Shown in pieces: positions 30,638-39,933 of a stretch of 64,000 bases of DNA. A model generated the notes under the pieces. The model did not search any database and was not told the origin of the DNA. It saw only the letters and a list, made by a program, of their open reading frames with translations. Within the stretch, counting starts at the first letter, position 1; the number at the start of each line of letters is the position of its first letter. The stretch is from a virus: the IMG/VR virus record IMGVR_UViG_3300031957_002938, positions 1 through 64,000 of that record. One strand, written 5' to 3'. Made by a program: the position numbers and the translations under genes.

Positions 30638-32500
30638 TTAAGAAATAAACATCGGAGTGAAAGTCGTTTGGGTATCAGAGATATCATCAGACTCCATATC
30701 ATAAAAAATATTCATCATCCAATTACCTAGCACTAAAGCTGAATAAGAGTCTTTTCTGGCTTTATCAGCCCCACTTTGTTTTCTCAAGTTACGTGGTAAA
30801 TCAAAACTTTGTGTGCCTTGGGCAGAAGTCGTAATTTGCACCAAAGCACACTGAACTTTTATTAAGTCCATCATATCTTTTTGATGCTCTACAAAATCAA
30901 TCATTCTAGCTCCTTTACCCCCTTTATCATTATTATCACCTTTAATGAACTTTAAATCATCTATCGGGACTCTAGATTTCCTTTGATTGTTATAATCGTC
31001 ATTCATTGCCGCTCCTGCGAAAAATATTCTTTTATGATCGAATGCTGATTGTAAAGATTCGTTAGCTAGCCTGATCCATGCCGAAGTCGGCTTCCGAAGA
31101 AACACAAATTTCTTTTCTGACTTATTATATTGATTTTTAAGCCTTCTTAAGTTTTTATCATAGTCTTTAGATTTATCTAGGTCGGCTTCTATGACACCAA
31201 GATTTAAATTTTTCTTTTTAAAGATTTCACTCTCATTGCAGGAGTTAATAAATTGAACTCCTCCATTGTAGTCACCTACTACAGCAGCTACATTAAAGTG
31301 GGTCAATACGTAAGCCATGTATTTAATATGTGTTTTTAAACTCGATCCAGAAAGCGCATAGCTATGGACAGCAGTTCCTTTTCTAGTGTCACGATTCAAT
31401 TTTATTAAAAGCATCGCGAAATCGTCTGAACTTTCGCTTTCAGACCAAGAGGGGTCAAAAGCTAGAATATATTCATCTTTGGGATTACCCACAACCTCCA
31501 CACATTGCCCTTCTCCGTCTGGTATCGTGCAAGCAGCCATCTTACTAACCTTAAAGTATCCAGAGCTGTCATCTGTGAATATAGCACCAAACTCCCTGTC
31601 AAACTGGGAATCACTCATGGTGGATTTAGATTGATTGATTAGACTCTGATCATACAACTGTTCAGGAGCGCAATCATAACTAAAATGCATTATTGTTCTG
31701 TGTGCTCCGTCTTGCTTTTTTTTATTTAAGATAAGAGCTTCATATTGCTGATAGATTTTATATAAATATTCAAATTTATAAGAAGCCGAGGATAAACCAA
31801 TAATTTTGTTATTAGGCCACCTTTTTCTTTCTTCTTGTTTCATTTTACCCTGCTCAATCATCTGGGTTTCTAAATCATAAACCTCTTGACGTTCTGTAGG
31901 GTTTTCCACAACAGATAGGAATGGTATGATAACCTCATTGTAAATTTTTTCAGGCATCAACAATAACTCATCAATAATCATTCTTTGGAATCGGAAACCC
32001 CTTAACTTTTCTCCATCTCCCAAAGGAAGCGCTCTGATACTACTTCTGCCGATCTCCATAACCCACTCATCGTTCATCTTAGATGTTCTAGTTATGCATT
32101 GAGAAAAGAAAGTAGCCTTGGGGCTTTTTGCTATATCTTCGATCTTTTTGAAAATCATTTTAGATTGCCTAAAAGACTTAGACAAAATACCTATCTGCAC
32201 CCCCTGATTGAGAATAGCGTCTAATAGCGCGAAAACGCCCGTAGAGAAGCTTTTGGACATTCCCCGACTCCATATCCCCAAAAAGTAGTCAGACTCCATC
32301 ATGGCCTTAATAGCCATATGCTGGAATGGGAATAATTTAACCCCTGTAAACAATTCACAAGCAAAAGAAGGATTTTCCCTCAAGAATTTATAAAGCAAAA
32401 CTTTCGCTTCAGTTTCCTCTATAAAACCCTCTTTTTCGAGAATATCTTTGTTTATATCCTTGTACTGTCGGTGTAGTTTCTGTTTTCCTGTTTCCCAAGC
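30638..32500 (-). CDS. terL: Terminase large subunit
   Basis: LFPFQ Q-motif, variant Walker A SRGMSKS, LRG..FQRMIIDE Walker B, SSAS coupling motif, RNase H AFDPS and KDSYSA. Confidence 0.92.
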   Translation of the reverse strand, partial: AWETGKQKLHRQYKDINKDILEKEGFIEETEAKVLLYKFLRENPSFACELFTGVKLFPFQHMAIKAMMESDYFLGIWSRGMSKSFSTGVFALLDAILNQGVQIGILSKSFRQSKMIFKKIEDIAKSPKATFFSQCITRTSKMNDEWVMEIGRSSIRALPLGDGEKLRGFRFQRMIIDELLLMPEKIYNEVIIPFLSVVENPTERQEVYDLETQMIEQGKMKQEERKRWPNNKIIGLSSASYKFEYLYKIYQQYEALILNKKKQDGAHRTIMHFSYDCAPEQLYDQSLINQSKSTMSDSQFDREFGAIFTDDSSGYFKVSKMAACTIPDGEGQCVEVVGNPKDEYILAFDPSWSESESSDDFAMLLIKLNRDTRKGTAVHSYALSGSSLKTHIKYMAYVLTHFNVAAVVGDYNGGVQFINSCNESEIFKKKNLNLGVIEADLDKSKDYDKNLRRLKNQYNKSEKKFVFLRKPTSAWIRLANESLQSAFDHKRIFFAGAAMNDDYNNQRKSRVPIDDLKFIKGDNNDKGGKGARMIDFVEHQKDMMDLIKVQCALVQITTSAQGTQSFDLPRNLRKQSGADKARKDSYSALVLGNWMMNIFYDMESDDISDTQTTFTPMFIS

Positions 32501-33419
32501 CATCTTTTTTTAATTGTTTGTCCCAAAAATACTGAAGGTCTACTGCCCAGAGCTTCGTGCCTAAAACAAGAATTTTAGGAATTAGTTCTTCGCTTTTTTC
32601 TCTAGACCCACTAAACACAAATTGACAGCAGTCTGTATACTCTGCCTGTATTTCACGCATCCTATGATAAACATAATCTAATTTAAATTTTTTGTATACC
32701 TGTTTATTAACAGCCCACATTTGGTCGAAAGCTGTTTCTATCACTATAAACAAGTAACAACCCGTAGATCTGCACCTATCTAATTCTTTTAAGAACCGAT
32801 TGTATCCATTTGTGACAGTAGAACAAAAATCCTGGTAAGACTTCCTATCCACGAATGTATAGTCATATAAATCGCCCCCCACTGCATAATCCCCGACATC
32901 AAGCTTCAACAACTTAGAATTGGTGAAATGCAGGGGCTTCTGCTCTCTTGTATCTATCAGTATGGGTGTATCTGAATAATCTTTGTTGAATTGCTTCGGC
33001 AGAGGTTCGGAAAGCATGGGTTTCATGTCTAACTGTTTACATGTCTCTTTGTAGCTGCCGAAGATCTGTTTACACAGATCTATGTCTGGCAGATTGCTAG
33101 TGAGTAGGTAAGTGGACGGGGGTCCAGACGAAACCGCTTTGGAAAGGAATTTTTTGTCTAAGGATGCGACAATGAAATCTTTAACTTCCTCCTTTGGTGC
33201 TTGGAGACACCATTTTTTCATATTTCTTTTATTTATGAAATCTGTAGCGAAATACTGTTTATAATTTTTAAAAGGTATTAACTCTCCAGTTAACTTGTCT
33301 TTTCTTCCGTAATTCTCGACATAGTAGTCTCCCAACAGTTTACCGTGCTTTCTCATGTGAGAATGCAGTCCTTTTAAGGAATCAAATGAATCCCCACATA
33401 TTTTACATTTATATGACAT
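32409..33419 (-). CDS. C2H2 zinc finger plus ERCC4/XPF-type nuclease
   Basis: CKIC...HMRKH; IDTREQ, LDVGDY and VDRKS..DF motifs. Confidence 0.8.
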   Translation of the reverse strand: MSYKCKICGDSFDSLKGLHSHMRKHGKLLGDYYVENYGRKDKLTGELIPFKNYKQYFATDFINKRNMKKWCLQAPKEEVKDFIVASLDKKFLSKAVSSGPPSTYLLTSNLPDIDLCKQIFGSYKETCKQLDMKPMLSEPLPKQFNKDYSDTPILIDTREQKPLHFTNSKLLKLDVGDYAVGGDLYDYTFVDRKSYQDFCSTVTNGYNRFLKELDRCRSTGCYLFIVIETAFDQMWAVNKQVYKKFKLDYVYHRMREIQAEYTDCCQFVFSGSREKSEELIPKILVLGTKLWAVDLQYFWDKQLKKDGLGNRKTETTPTVQGYKQRYSRKRGFYRGN

Positions 33420-34458
33420 CTTGCTGTCCTATTCCCAAAACTCTTGCTTTCCATTCTGCCATACCCTCTAATCTTTCCGCTTCCTGCTTCACAGCCTCCT
33501 TTTGCATCTCTGCAATTCTTACCATTGTTTCTCTTTCTTCCTCTTCTTGGAAAAGTTGCACTATAGACAAAAACGAAGCATTTTCTTTGTTCATCTTCTT
33601 CATCCTTTCGCTTCTGTCTCCTTGAAGCTTTTTTGTCAGGTTCTCGATGCGGGTTTCACATTGATGATACTCTCCGCTCTTAGCTTTGATGATTTCAGCC
33701 AACCTGATAGACATTTCTTGCTGCTCGTCAGCATCATCGAACATGCTATTCAGTTTGTTCAAGTGAGCGCTAATAACTTCTAAGTTTATGACTTCCTTGC
33801 ACACGTTTAAATACAAATTTATTTCGTCTGCGGTTAAGTCGGGTTTATCCCAAGTCAATCGAGTAAATTCGTGTTCGAACAACACTCGATCCTCTTGATT
33901 TAAATAATTGTTAATAATTTTAAGAAATCTTGAGTTAGAAAAGTTAACCCCTAGTTTTTCTACGCAAATTTGTTTTTGTCTATTAAGTTTTGATTCATCT
34001 AACCTCAAACCAGTGGCATCATTGATTTTTTTGATGATTCGTGATGAAGACTTCGGTGCAATGTATGAATTGAGAGCGCCTGAATCTTGAGAAGGTAAAA
34101 TGTCAGGATTTACCTCTCTAATTTGCGACAGAACAGCTCTTTGCTCATTACTCAATGGTCTTACAGATCTAGACGGAAAAACTATGCGAGCTATCTCTAA
34201 AGAAGACAACCCTTCTCCAGCTTGTTGAATTATAAAATCTTTTTGCTCTTTTGTGAATTCTATAGTCTCGGTAGGCATTCTCGCTGTAGTTTTGAAATCT
34301 ATAGAATTTTCTACCAAAAATTTTCTTACAGCCCTACCTTCTTTGGACCTTCCGTCTAAAGAATCGTCTTCGAAACACTGTTTCGTTAAATCAATTAGAT
34401 CAGGGATCTTTGATGCGTTCTCCCTTAAAAAATCCTTCTGTTCTTTAGTTAGATCCAT
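33409..34458 (-). CDS. Hypothetical helical/HTH protein, candidate terminase small subunit
   Basis: Two xTKEQKDF repeats, LSSLEIARIV HTH-like segment, C-terminal coiled coil; upstream of terL. Confidence 0.4.
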   Translation of the reverse strand: MDLTKEQKDFLRENASKIPDLIDLTKQCFEDDSLDGRSKEGRAVRKFLVENSIDFKTTARMPTETIEFTKEQKDFIIQQAGEGLSSLEIARIVFPSRSVRPLSNEQRAVLSQIREVNPDILPSQDSGALNSYIAPKSSSRIIKKINDATGLRLDESKLNRQKQICVEKLGVNFSNSRFLKIINNYLNQEDRVLFEHEFTRLTWDKPDLTADEINLYLNVCKEVINLEVISAHLNKLNSMFDDADEQQEMSIRLAEIIKAKSGEYHQCETRIENLTKKLQGDRSERMKKMNKENASFLSIVQLFQEEEERETMVRIAEMQKEAVKQEAERLEGMAEWKARVLGIGQQDVI

Positions 34459-35131
34459 CTCCTATAATATCTTGGTCCCTAAGTATTTCCATAGCTACCT
34501 GTAGGAACTTCTTTTTTAAATTTTTTACTTGTCTATAGCCAAGTTTTCTTTTTTGAGCAGAAATTTTGTAACCCATGAACTTAGCTACGTCTTCTTCACT
34601 GTTTTTTTCGAAATACAACATCCTATACGCAGTATAATGAATATTACTTAAACGAATTTTCATTTGACCGTTTAACCTCTCTAAAGATACAGTAAAATCA
34701 AAATCTATGTATTCTTTACCTTTTACCTCTTTAACAAAATCTTCAGTGGAAAGTGGTAACTTAACTTCTAAAGCTGATTTTTTTGTTTTTTTCCATTTTT
34801 GACATATAGGGCAAGTTGATGAATCATGATCTGGCTCATGTTGCTTGGGACAAGGGTTAACATAATTGCCGTAGTGATTTCTCACTAGGTTTCTTATTTG
34901 ATTAGATATTATTCTACCAATCCAAGGTTCAAGAGGTCTTTCTTGATCCCACATATGCCACTTCTTAGAAATGTGCAATTTGATGATTTGCTGAACATCA
35001 TCGAAGTCAAACCATTTTACAGCGTTAAGTCTCCACTTATATTGCTGTTTTTTAATCGCTGCGTCAATTACTTCAGAAAAGTCTTCATAAGTATACTCAC
35101 CCTTCTTTTTTCTTTTCATCAATAAATTCAT
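34445..35131 (-). CDS. Second sigma-factor-like protein
   Basis: DFDDVQQ...KWHMWDQERPLEPWIGRIISNQIRNLVR (region 2) and C-terminal HTH EEDVAKFMG. Confidence 0.7.
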   Translation of the reverse strand: MNLLMKRKKKGEYTYEDFSEVIDAAIKKQQYKWRLNAVKWFDFDDVQQIIKLHISKKWHMWDQERPLEPWIGRIISNQIRNLVRNHYGNYVNPCPKQHEPDHDSSTCPICQKWKKTKKSALEVKLPLSTEDFVKEVKGKEYIDFDFTVSLERLNGQMKIRLSNIHYTAYRMLYFEKNSEEDVAKFMGYKISAQKRKLGYRQVKNLKKKFLQVAMEILRDQDIIGDGSN

Positions 35132-35447
35132 TAATAGATCTAGCCCTCTTAGCCCGACCCTGATCGGAGTTAGTTGACTCGCCTACCAATGAACCAAAAG
35201 TCATAGGACTTTTGTCAGACGCTTGGACTTCTACTTCAAAATTTGAAATTGTAGGTACACTCTCTGCATCTGTCTCGTCTTGAGAAATAACTACAGATTT
35301 TTCTAGCACAGGCATACCTGCTGAAGTGTTGGTCGAAGTTGTAGAAGCTAAAGAGTTAAGTTGTATACCACACTTCCCACAAAAATTAGGTTTTGCATTA
35401 GCATAAGAAAGTTTCGCACCGCAACTGTGACAAAATAGATGAGCCAT
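35097..35447 (-). CDS. Zinc-ribbon protein
   Basis: FCHSCG...FCGKCG. Confidence 0.75.
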   Translation of the reverse strand: MAHLFCHSCGAKLSYANAKPNFCGKCGIQLNSLASTTSTNTSAGMPVLEKSVVISQDETDAESVPTISNFEVEVQASDKSPMTFGSLVGESTNSDQGRAKRARSINEFIDEKKKEG

Positions 35448-35570
35448 ACTATATATTTATATAATTAAAATTAAATTTTTCAAAAAAAGAAAAACAAGGC
35501 TTGTGTCTTTTATGTTTGTAGCAGTTCGCCGCTTGCGCGTAACACTTTTTTCTTGCTTTAATATATAATA

Positions 35571-36287
35571 TTACACTTTCTTGCCTTTTTCTAACTTAGA
35601 AATGATAAATTTTAATATTTTGCTTCTAACAATATCGTTTTTGTTAAATGAAAAACAACTTATACCGTTTTCTTTAGACTCATCATCAGAAAATATATCA
35701 AACATATCTTTAAACCCAGTCTTACCATTAATATCGCTCTGCATAAAGTCTCCGCATATACACAGCTTAGTATCTTCTCCGATACGAGTGATTAATGTAG
35801 TTAATTCTTTGAACGTAAAGTTTTGAGCTTCATCCGCTACAATTAACTTATTGTTCCAGTTAGCGCCCCTCAAAAAGTTTATAGGTATAGCGGATACTCT
35901 TTCCTTCTGTTTTAAGAACGCTGTATCTCCCTCATGTATTATTTCTTCCAATTTATCATATAGAGGTAGAGTGAAAGGGTTAAACTTTTCAGACATATCT
36001 CCAGGAAGACTCCCTAACCCTTTATCTGCGCTTTCTACAATGCTTCTGATGTAAAGAAGGTCTTTCTCGTTATCTTCAGCCATTAAACGTAAACAACCAT
36101 ATAAAGACATGTATGTTTTACTAGAACCCGCTGGCCCAGACACAAACATGATTTTTACTTCAGGATCTAGCAGAGTCGCTAGAAATTTGCGTTGATTCGG
36201 GGTGAACTTAAATTTCCTCTCTTTGAATTTAATAGAGAAGAATGTATGAGGCTCTAGACGAAAATTAGACAATTTTTTAAGTGCCAT
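35571..36287 (-). CDS. phoH: PhoH-family ATPase
   Basis: GPAGSSKT, FLRG, DEAQN, TRIG, GDFMQSD, DIVRS motifs. Confidence 0.93.
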   Translation of the reverse strand: MALKKLSNFRLEPHTFFSIKFKERKFKFTPNQRKFLATLLDPEVKIMFVSGPAGSSKTYMSLYGCLRLMAEDNEKDLLYIRSIVESADKGLGSLPGDMSEKFNPFTLPLYDKLEEIIHEGDTAFLKQKERVSAIPINFLRGANWNNKLIVADEAQNFTFKELTTLITRIGEDTKLCICGDFMQSDINGKTGFKDMFDIFSDDESKENGISCFSFNKNDIVRSKILKFIISKLEKGKKV

Positions 36288-36310
36288 ATGTAATATACAT
36301 TACACTGAAA

Positions 36311-37156
36311 TTATAATTTAACCTGTTTAATTGTCGCGCTAGTCGTTAAAGTCTCTCCTCCTTGATTAGAGTAAGATTCTGTTAATAACCTAGAACCGAC
36401 AGTGAAATTAATTAAATCTTGTACAAATGGAGTAGTAGTACCTATTCCATGAACATTCACACTTAGACTACTTGATAGCGACTCTCCACTGAAATTTATT
36501 AAATTTTTTAAACCTGTAGATGATATGGTTATTTCTTCCTCTACTCCATCAAGAAGCATAGATGAAGCGTTTATTGACCCAATCCCGTAAACTGGTGTTC
36601 GGGCGTAACTTCTTTGAAAGCTTATTTGAGATTTAACATCACTTAGAATGTTTGCGTTGTCATTTACAGAACATGTATGACCATATGCGATTAGATTACT
36701 ATCTAATGGTATTTCTCCCCCATTATAAGGATTTGGATCTCCGCTCACAGGTTGACCAACCGCAGGTTCCAAAGAAACAAAATTAGCCTTTAATGTAACA
36801 GGAGCGAATGGACTAACGTCTATAGAAACATCTTTAGCGTAACATTTATGATAAACACCACTCCCCACTTGGATTGATACAAAATTATCTTGATTCGCAT
36901 CTTTTAAAAAGTCTAAACCAGATACCATACCTGATTGGAAAACGCAGTTAACTGATATATCAGCAGTAAGCGCTCCATTAAAACCAAACTGGTCATTAGA
37001 GGCTATTGTTTTTCCTTGTTTACGGTTGGGGCTATGATTTGTATTGTAATTTACACTGGCTTGAGTGGCAGGAACATAACCATTTACTTCATTCGGAACG
37101 GCTGTAGATCCGACACTCCCAATATAAACAGGAAACTCACTATATGGTAAACTCAT
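36311..37156 (-). CDS. Tail tube-like structural protein (orphan location)
   Basis: QISFQRSYARTPVYGIGS resembles the R/K..Y.IG motif of the other tube paralogues; GTGTAA upstream. Confidence 0.5.
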   Translation of the reverse strand: MSLPYSEFPVYIGSVGSTAVPNEVNGYVPATQASVNYNTNHSPNRKQGKTIASNDQFGFNGALTADISVNCVFQSGMVSGLDFLKDANQDNFVSIQVGSGVYHKCYAKDVSIDVSPFAPVTLKANFVSLEPAVGQPVSGDPNPYNGGEIPLDSNLIAYGHTCSVNDNANILSDVKSQISFQRSYARTPVYGIGSINASSMLLDGVEEEITISSTGLKNLINFSGESLSSSLSVNVHGIGTTTPFVQDLINFTVGSRLLTESYSNQGGETLTTSATIKQVKL

Positions 37157-37175
37157 TTGTTTAATTTACACCATT

Positions 37176-37337
37176 TTACTGATTACCAACTACCATAAGG
37201 CCAAAATTTGCCGTAGCATATGATATCCAGATCACACCCCAACCATATTCCTTCTTCATGAAATACGCAACAGCCACAACCCCATACATCAATCCCGCCA
37301 ACAAAGGCACATACTTTGTTATATCGTCAAGAGTCAC
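37176..37337 (-). CDS. Small two-TM membrane protein (53 aa, not in ORF track)
   Basis: GTG start; MTLDDITKYVPLLAGLMYGVVAVAYFMKKEYGWGVIWISYATANFGLMVVGNQ. Confidence 0.6.
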   Translation of the reverse strand: MTLDDITKYVPLLAGLMYGVVAVAYFMKKEYGWGVIWISYATANFGLMVVGNQ

Positions 37338-37604
37338 TCTTAATTATAGGGTCTGATTATTTTTTTTAAACAATAAATAGAACTCATGCCCCCGTTTACC
37401 ACGCCCAGACAAATGGGTGGGGGTTTCACCGTTGATAAATTGATAATGGACTCCCCCGCTCATTTTGCCACGCAAACGCTTAAAAATATTTTCAGAAATG
37501 GGGTGGGGTCTTGTGGGGTGTCAAGTCTTTTTTTAAATAAAAAAAAATAAAAAAAATACAATAAACTAGTTGCGTTTAGTTTTAATCTGTGCTATACTTA
37601 CTAC

Positions 37605-37835
37605 ATGAAAAACAAAGAATTAATAAATCGTTTAGGTAATGGAGTTGAGTTCACCGCACAAGGTGAGTGGTTTGTAGTCGCAGACACCGACTTTGAAAAT
37701 GGTGTCGTGTGGGGCGTTGATCAAGACGGCGGCGAGCGCGAGGTCTCTATAGATTCTATAGATGACATAAGCGAAAGTTTAGCCGACATGGTAAGCCGTG
37801 ATTGGTCGCCTATGCTCAACAAATTGAGCATATAA
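37605..37835 (+). CDS. Early hypothetical protein
   Basis: Leaderless promoter TTGCGT-N17-TATACT-N6-ATG. Confidence 0.75.
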   Translation: MKNKELINRLGNGVEFTAQGEWFVVADTDFENGVVWGVDQDGGEREVSIDSIDDISESLADMVSRDWSPMLNKLSI

Positions 37836-37899
37836 AAAAAAGATCAAAAAAGATCAAAAAAGATCTTGATTAACTTTTAACCCTGTGCTATATTCAGAT

Positions 37900-38046
37900 A
37901 TGGAAAATAAAACAGATAAATACATCATCTACGGTCAGTATGACCGAGATCATGAGTTTGACGGCACACTCGAAGAGTGCCGCGAGTGGATTCGCGTAGT
38001 CGATCCTAAGTGCAAGTGGTACTTCATAGCTCACGAGAGTGAGTAA
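37900..38046 (+). CDS. Early hypothetical protein (48 aa, MENKTDKYII...)
   Basis: Own promoter TTGATT-N17-TATATT-N5-ATG; fills the gap exactly. Confidence 0.7.
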   Translation: MENKTDKYIIYGQYDRDHEFDGTLEECREWIRVVDPKCKWYFIAHESE

Positions 38047-38099
38047 AAAAGATCAAAAAAGATCTTGACTAACTTTTAACCCTGTGCTATAGTATAAAC

Positions 38100-38303
38100 A
38101 TGACAGCAAAACAAGAATTACAATCAATCGAAGGCGAGGAAATCATTTTCAACATCTTTGACAATCAAGTCGAGCAAGGCATCCTTTCCTTTGATGCAAA
38201 TGAAAATGCGATAGTGACCTTTGACGATGGCGAGACAATGCAAATAAAAGTCGAGCAGTTCGTTGACACATACGAAAATTGGAGCAAAGAAAACTTCAGC
38301 TAA
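38100..38303 (+). CDS. Early acidic hypothetical protein
   Basis: Promoter TTGACT-N17-TATAGT-N6-ATG. Confidence 0.75.
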   Translation: MTAKQELQSIEGEEIIFNIFDNQVEQGILSFDANENAIVTFDDGETMQIKVEQFVDTYENWSKENFS

Positions 38304-38356
38304 AAAAATATAATAAAATAGTTGCAATCAATTCTAATCTAGATTATACTTAAGCC

Positions 38357-38557
38357 ATGACAAAGACCAATCAAATCAGAATCACACGTTACTCTCACGC
38401 AAATCAGTATGACAATTCTCATTGTGGAATTGTTATAAACAAGGACAGATCAAAAGCATATGTCACGGTTCACGTTGCAGAAATGGCTTTTAAGTGCGTA
38501 GATGTCTCAAGAGAGGACGCGCTAAAGATCCTCAAGACAATGAAATCGGAGGCATAA
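38357..38557 (+). CDS. Early hypothetical protein
   Basis: Promoter TTGCAA-N17-TATACT-N6-ATG. Confidence 0.75.
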   Translation: MTKTNQIRITRYSHANQYDNSHCGIVINKDRSKAYVTVHVAEMAFKCVDVSREDALKILKTMKSEA

Positions 38558-38609
38558 AAAGATCAAAAAAGATCTTGATTAAAATCTAAAATTCAACTAT
38601 ACTACCCAC

Positions 38610-38783
38610 ATGACAGCAACCGAAGAAGCACTAGCAGCAATGGCCAAAGCAGAAGAAGCGTGGAACGAAATGGTTAACAGAACCGTCGATGTCTCGGGCC
38701 AGTTCGTAAAAGAATGCCAAGAGTTCCAGAAAGAGCAGCGGGAATGGCTGCGCGAAAAAAAAGATTCTAAAAACGCAAAATAA
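38610..38783 (+). CDS. Early hypothetical helical protein (57 aa, MTATEEALAAM...)
   Basis: Promoter TTGATT-N17-TATACT-N6-ATG. Confidence 0.7.
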   Translation: MTATEEALAAMAKAEEAWNEMVNRTVDVSGQFVKECQEFQKEQREWLREKKDSKNAK

Positions 38784-38820
38784 TCCTTGCACTAATCCAA
38801 AATTCAACTATACTACTCAC

Positions 38821-39081
38821 ATGACAGCAAGCAAAGAATACTACCGCAGCGTAACTTGGGACGATGGCCGCACAGTCAAATTCAACGATGACTTCGAAGT
38901 CGAAGGCTTCACCAAGGTCACCGATATATGGCCTTCTGAAAGTTCTATAGCTAGGAACCTTGAGCAACGCAAAGCTTTAGGCGGCGGCAAGTCTTTCGGA
39001 TACCGCTACAAGTCTATGCAAAGACAAGACTGGTATGTAGACTTCGACGCAAAAGCTTTCTGGGCTTCTGATAACGTCTAA
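38821..39081 (+). CDS. Early hypothetical protein
   Basis: Promoter TTGCAC-N16-TATACT-N6-ATG. Confidence 0.75.
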   Translation: MTASKEYYRSVTWDDGRTVKFNDDFEVEGFTKVTDIWPSESSIARNLEQRKALGGGKSFGYRYKSMQRQDWYVDFDAKAFWASDNV

Positions 39082-39124
39082 AAAAAAACTTTACTAACTT
39101 CTAAAACTACACTATACTACCCAC

Positions 39125-39373
39125 ATGAAAAAATTATTCTCTACTATCAATCACTTCATCGACCGCTTTCTCTTTAGCCTGATGATATGCGTTAGCTTTA
39201 ACCTTGCGCTCATATGCATAGCCGTCTTAATCGGTAGCGGTCCCGCACTTTTCAAAAGCGTTCTTCACGGTTGGGATGGCCTCGACTTTCTCGCTGTCAT
39301 GTTTATACCGAGCACTTTCGGCGCGGTTGTGTTATTGTTAGGGGATGCAGTCTTGAAAATAGTTCACAAATAA
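39125..39373 (+). CDS. Early two-TM membrane protein
   Basis: Two hydrophobic segments; promoter TTTACT-N17-TATACT-N6-ATG. Confidence 0.7.
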   Translation: MKKLFSTINHFIDRFLFSLMICVSFNLALICIAVLIGSGPALFKSVLHGWDGLDFLAVMFIPSTFGAVVLLLGDAVLKIVHK

Positions 39374-39403
39374 TCTTGACAGGGTAACCTGTCGCTGTCA
39401 TGG

Positions 39404-39434
39404 AGCCTCGTCACCCAAGGGTGGCGGGGCTTTT
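39404..39434 (+). terminator. Rho-independent terminator
   Basis: AGCCTCGTCACCC-AA-GGGTGGCGGGGCT followed by a T run. Confidence 0.75.
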
Positions 39435-39500
39435 ACTTTCTAAAAAAAAGTTAAAAAAAAACTTGACAAAGCTGCTTGTTGATAGTATGTAAAAAGCCTC

Positions 39501-39577
39501 GTAACTCACTGATAGTCAACGACTTACAAGGGCGCGGCCCCCGCCGCCCCGTAAGTGACTGATACTCAACGACTTAC
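39501..39577 (+). repeat. 77-bp bipartite palindromic element, copy 1
   Basis: gtaactcactga-tag-tcaacgacttac, 23-bp GC spacer, gtaagtgactga-tac-tcaacgacttac. Confidence 0.92.
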
Positions 39578-39761
39578 GAGCCTTTATACGCACAGTCGAT
39601 CTGGGGGGCTGTCAAGTAAAAAAACACACTATTTACTATTTATCTATTTAACGTGTGACCTGCGACCTGCAACGTGTCAAGTGAAATTTAAATAATAAAA
39701 AATAATAAAAAAGAATAAAAATGGTTGCATTAAACAAAAAATAGGTTATACTTACCCCATC

Positions 39762-39932
39762 ATGACAGAGACAAAATCAGATCTTCAACAACTCCTCCAA
39801 GAACAGACTGCGGTCGCACTTATGAGAGACGACATCTCGTTTCTTATCGGTTGGACTAAAGCCGACAATCCAGAAATCGCTCAAAGACTTGAGGACATCT
39901 TGGCTAATCACACAAAAAACAGAAATAAGTAA
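39762..39932 (+). CDS. Early hypothetical protein (56 aa, MTETKSDLQQ...)
   Basis: Promoter TTGCAT-N16-TATACT upstream; stop abuts the next ATG. Confidence 0.7.
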   Translation: MTETKSDLQQLLQEQTAVALMRDDISFLIGWTKADNPEIAQRLEDILANHTKNRNK

Positions 39933-39933
39933 A

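Noticed and set aside
3322-32500. Introns or inteins in nrdA, nrdB or terL
   Set aside because: ORFs are uninterrupted and of normal or short length, with no intein splice or homing-endonuclease motifs
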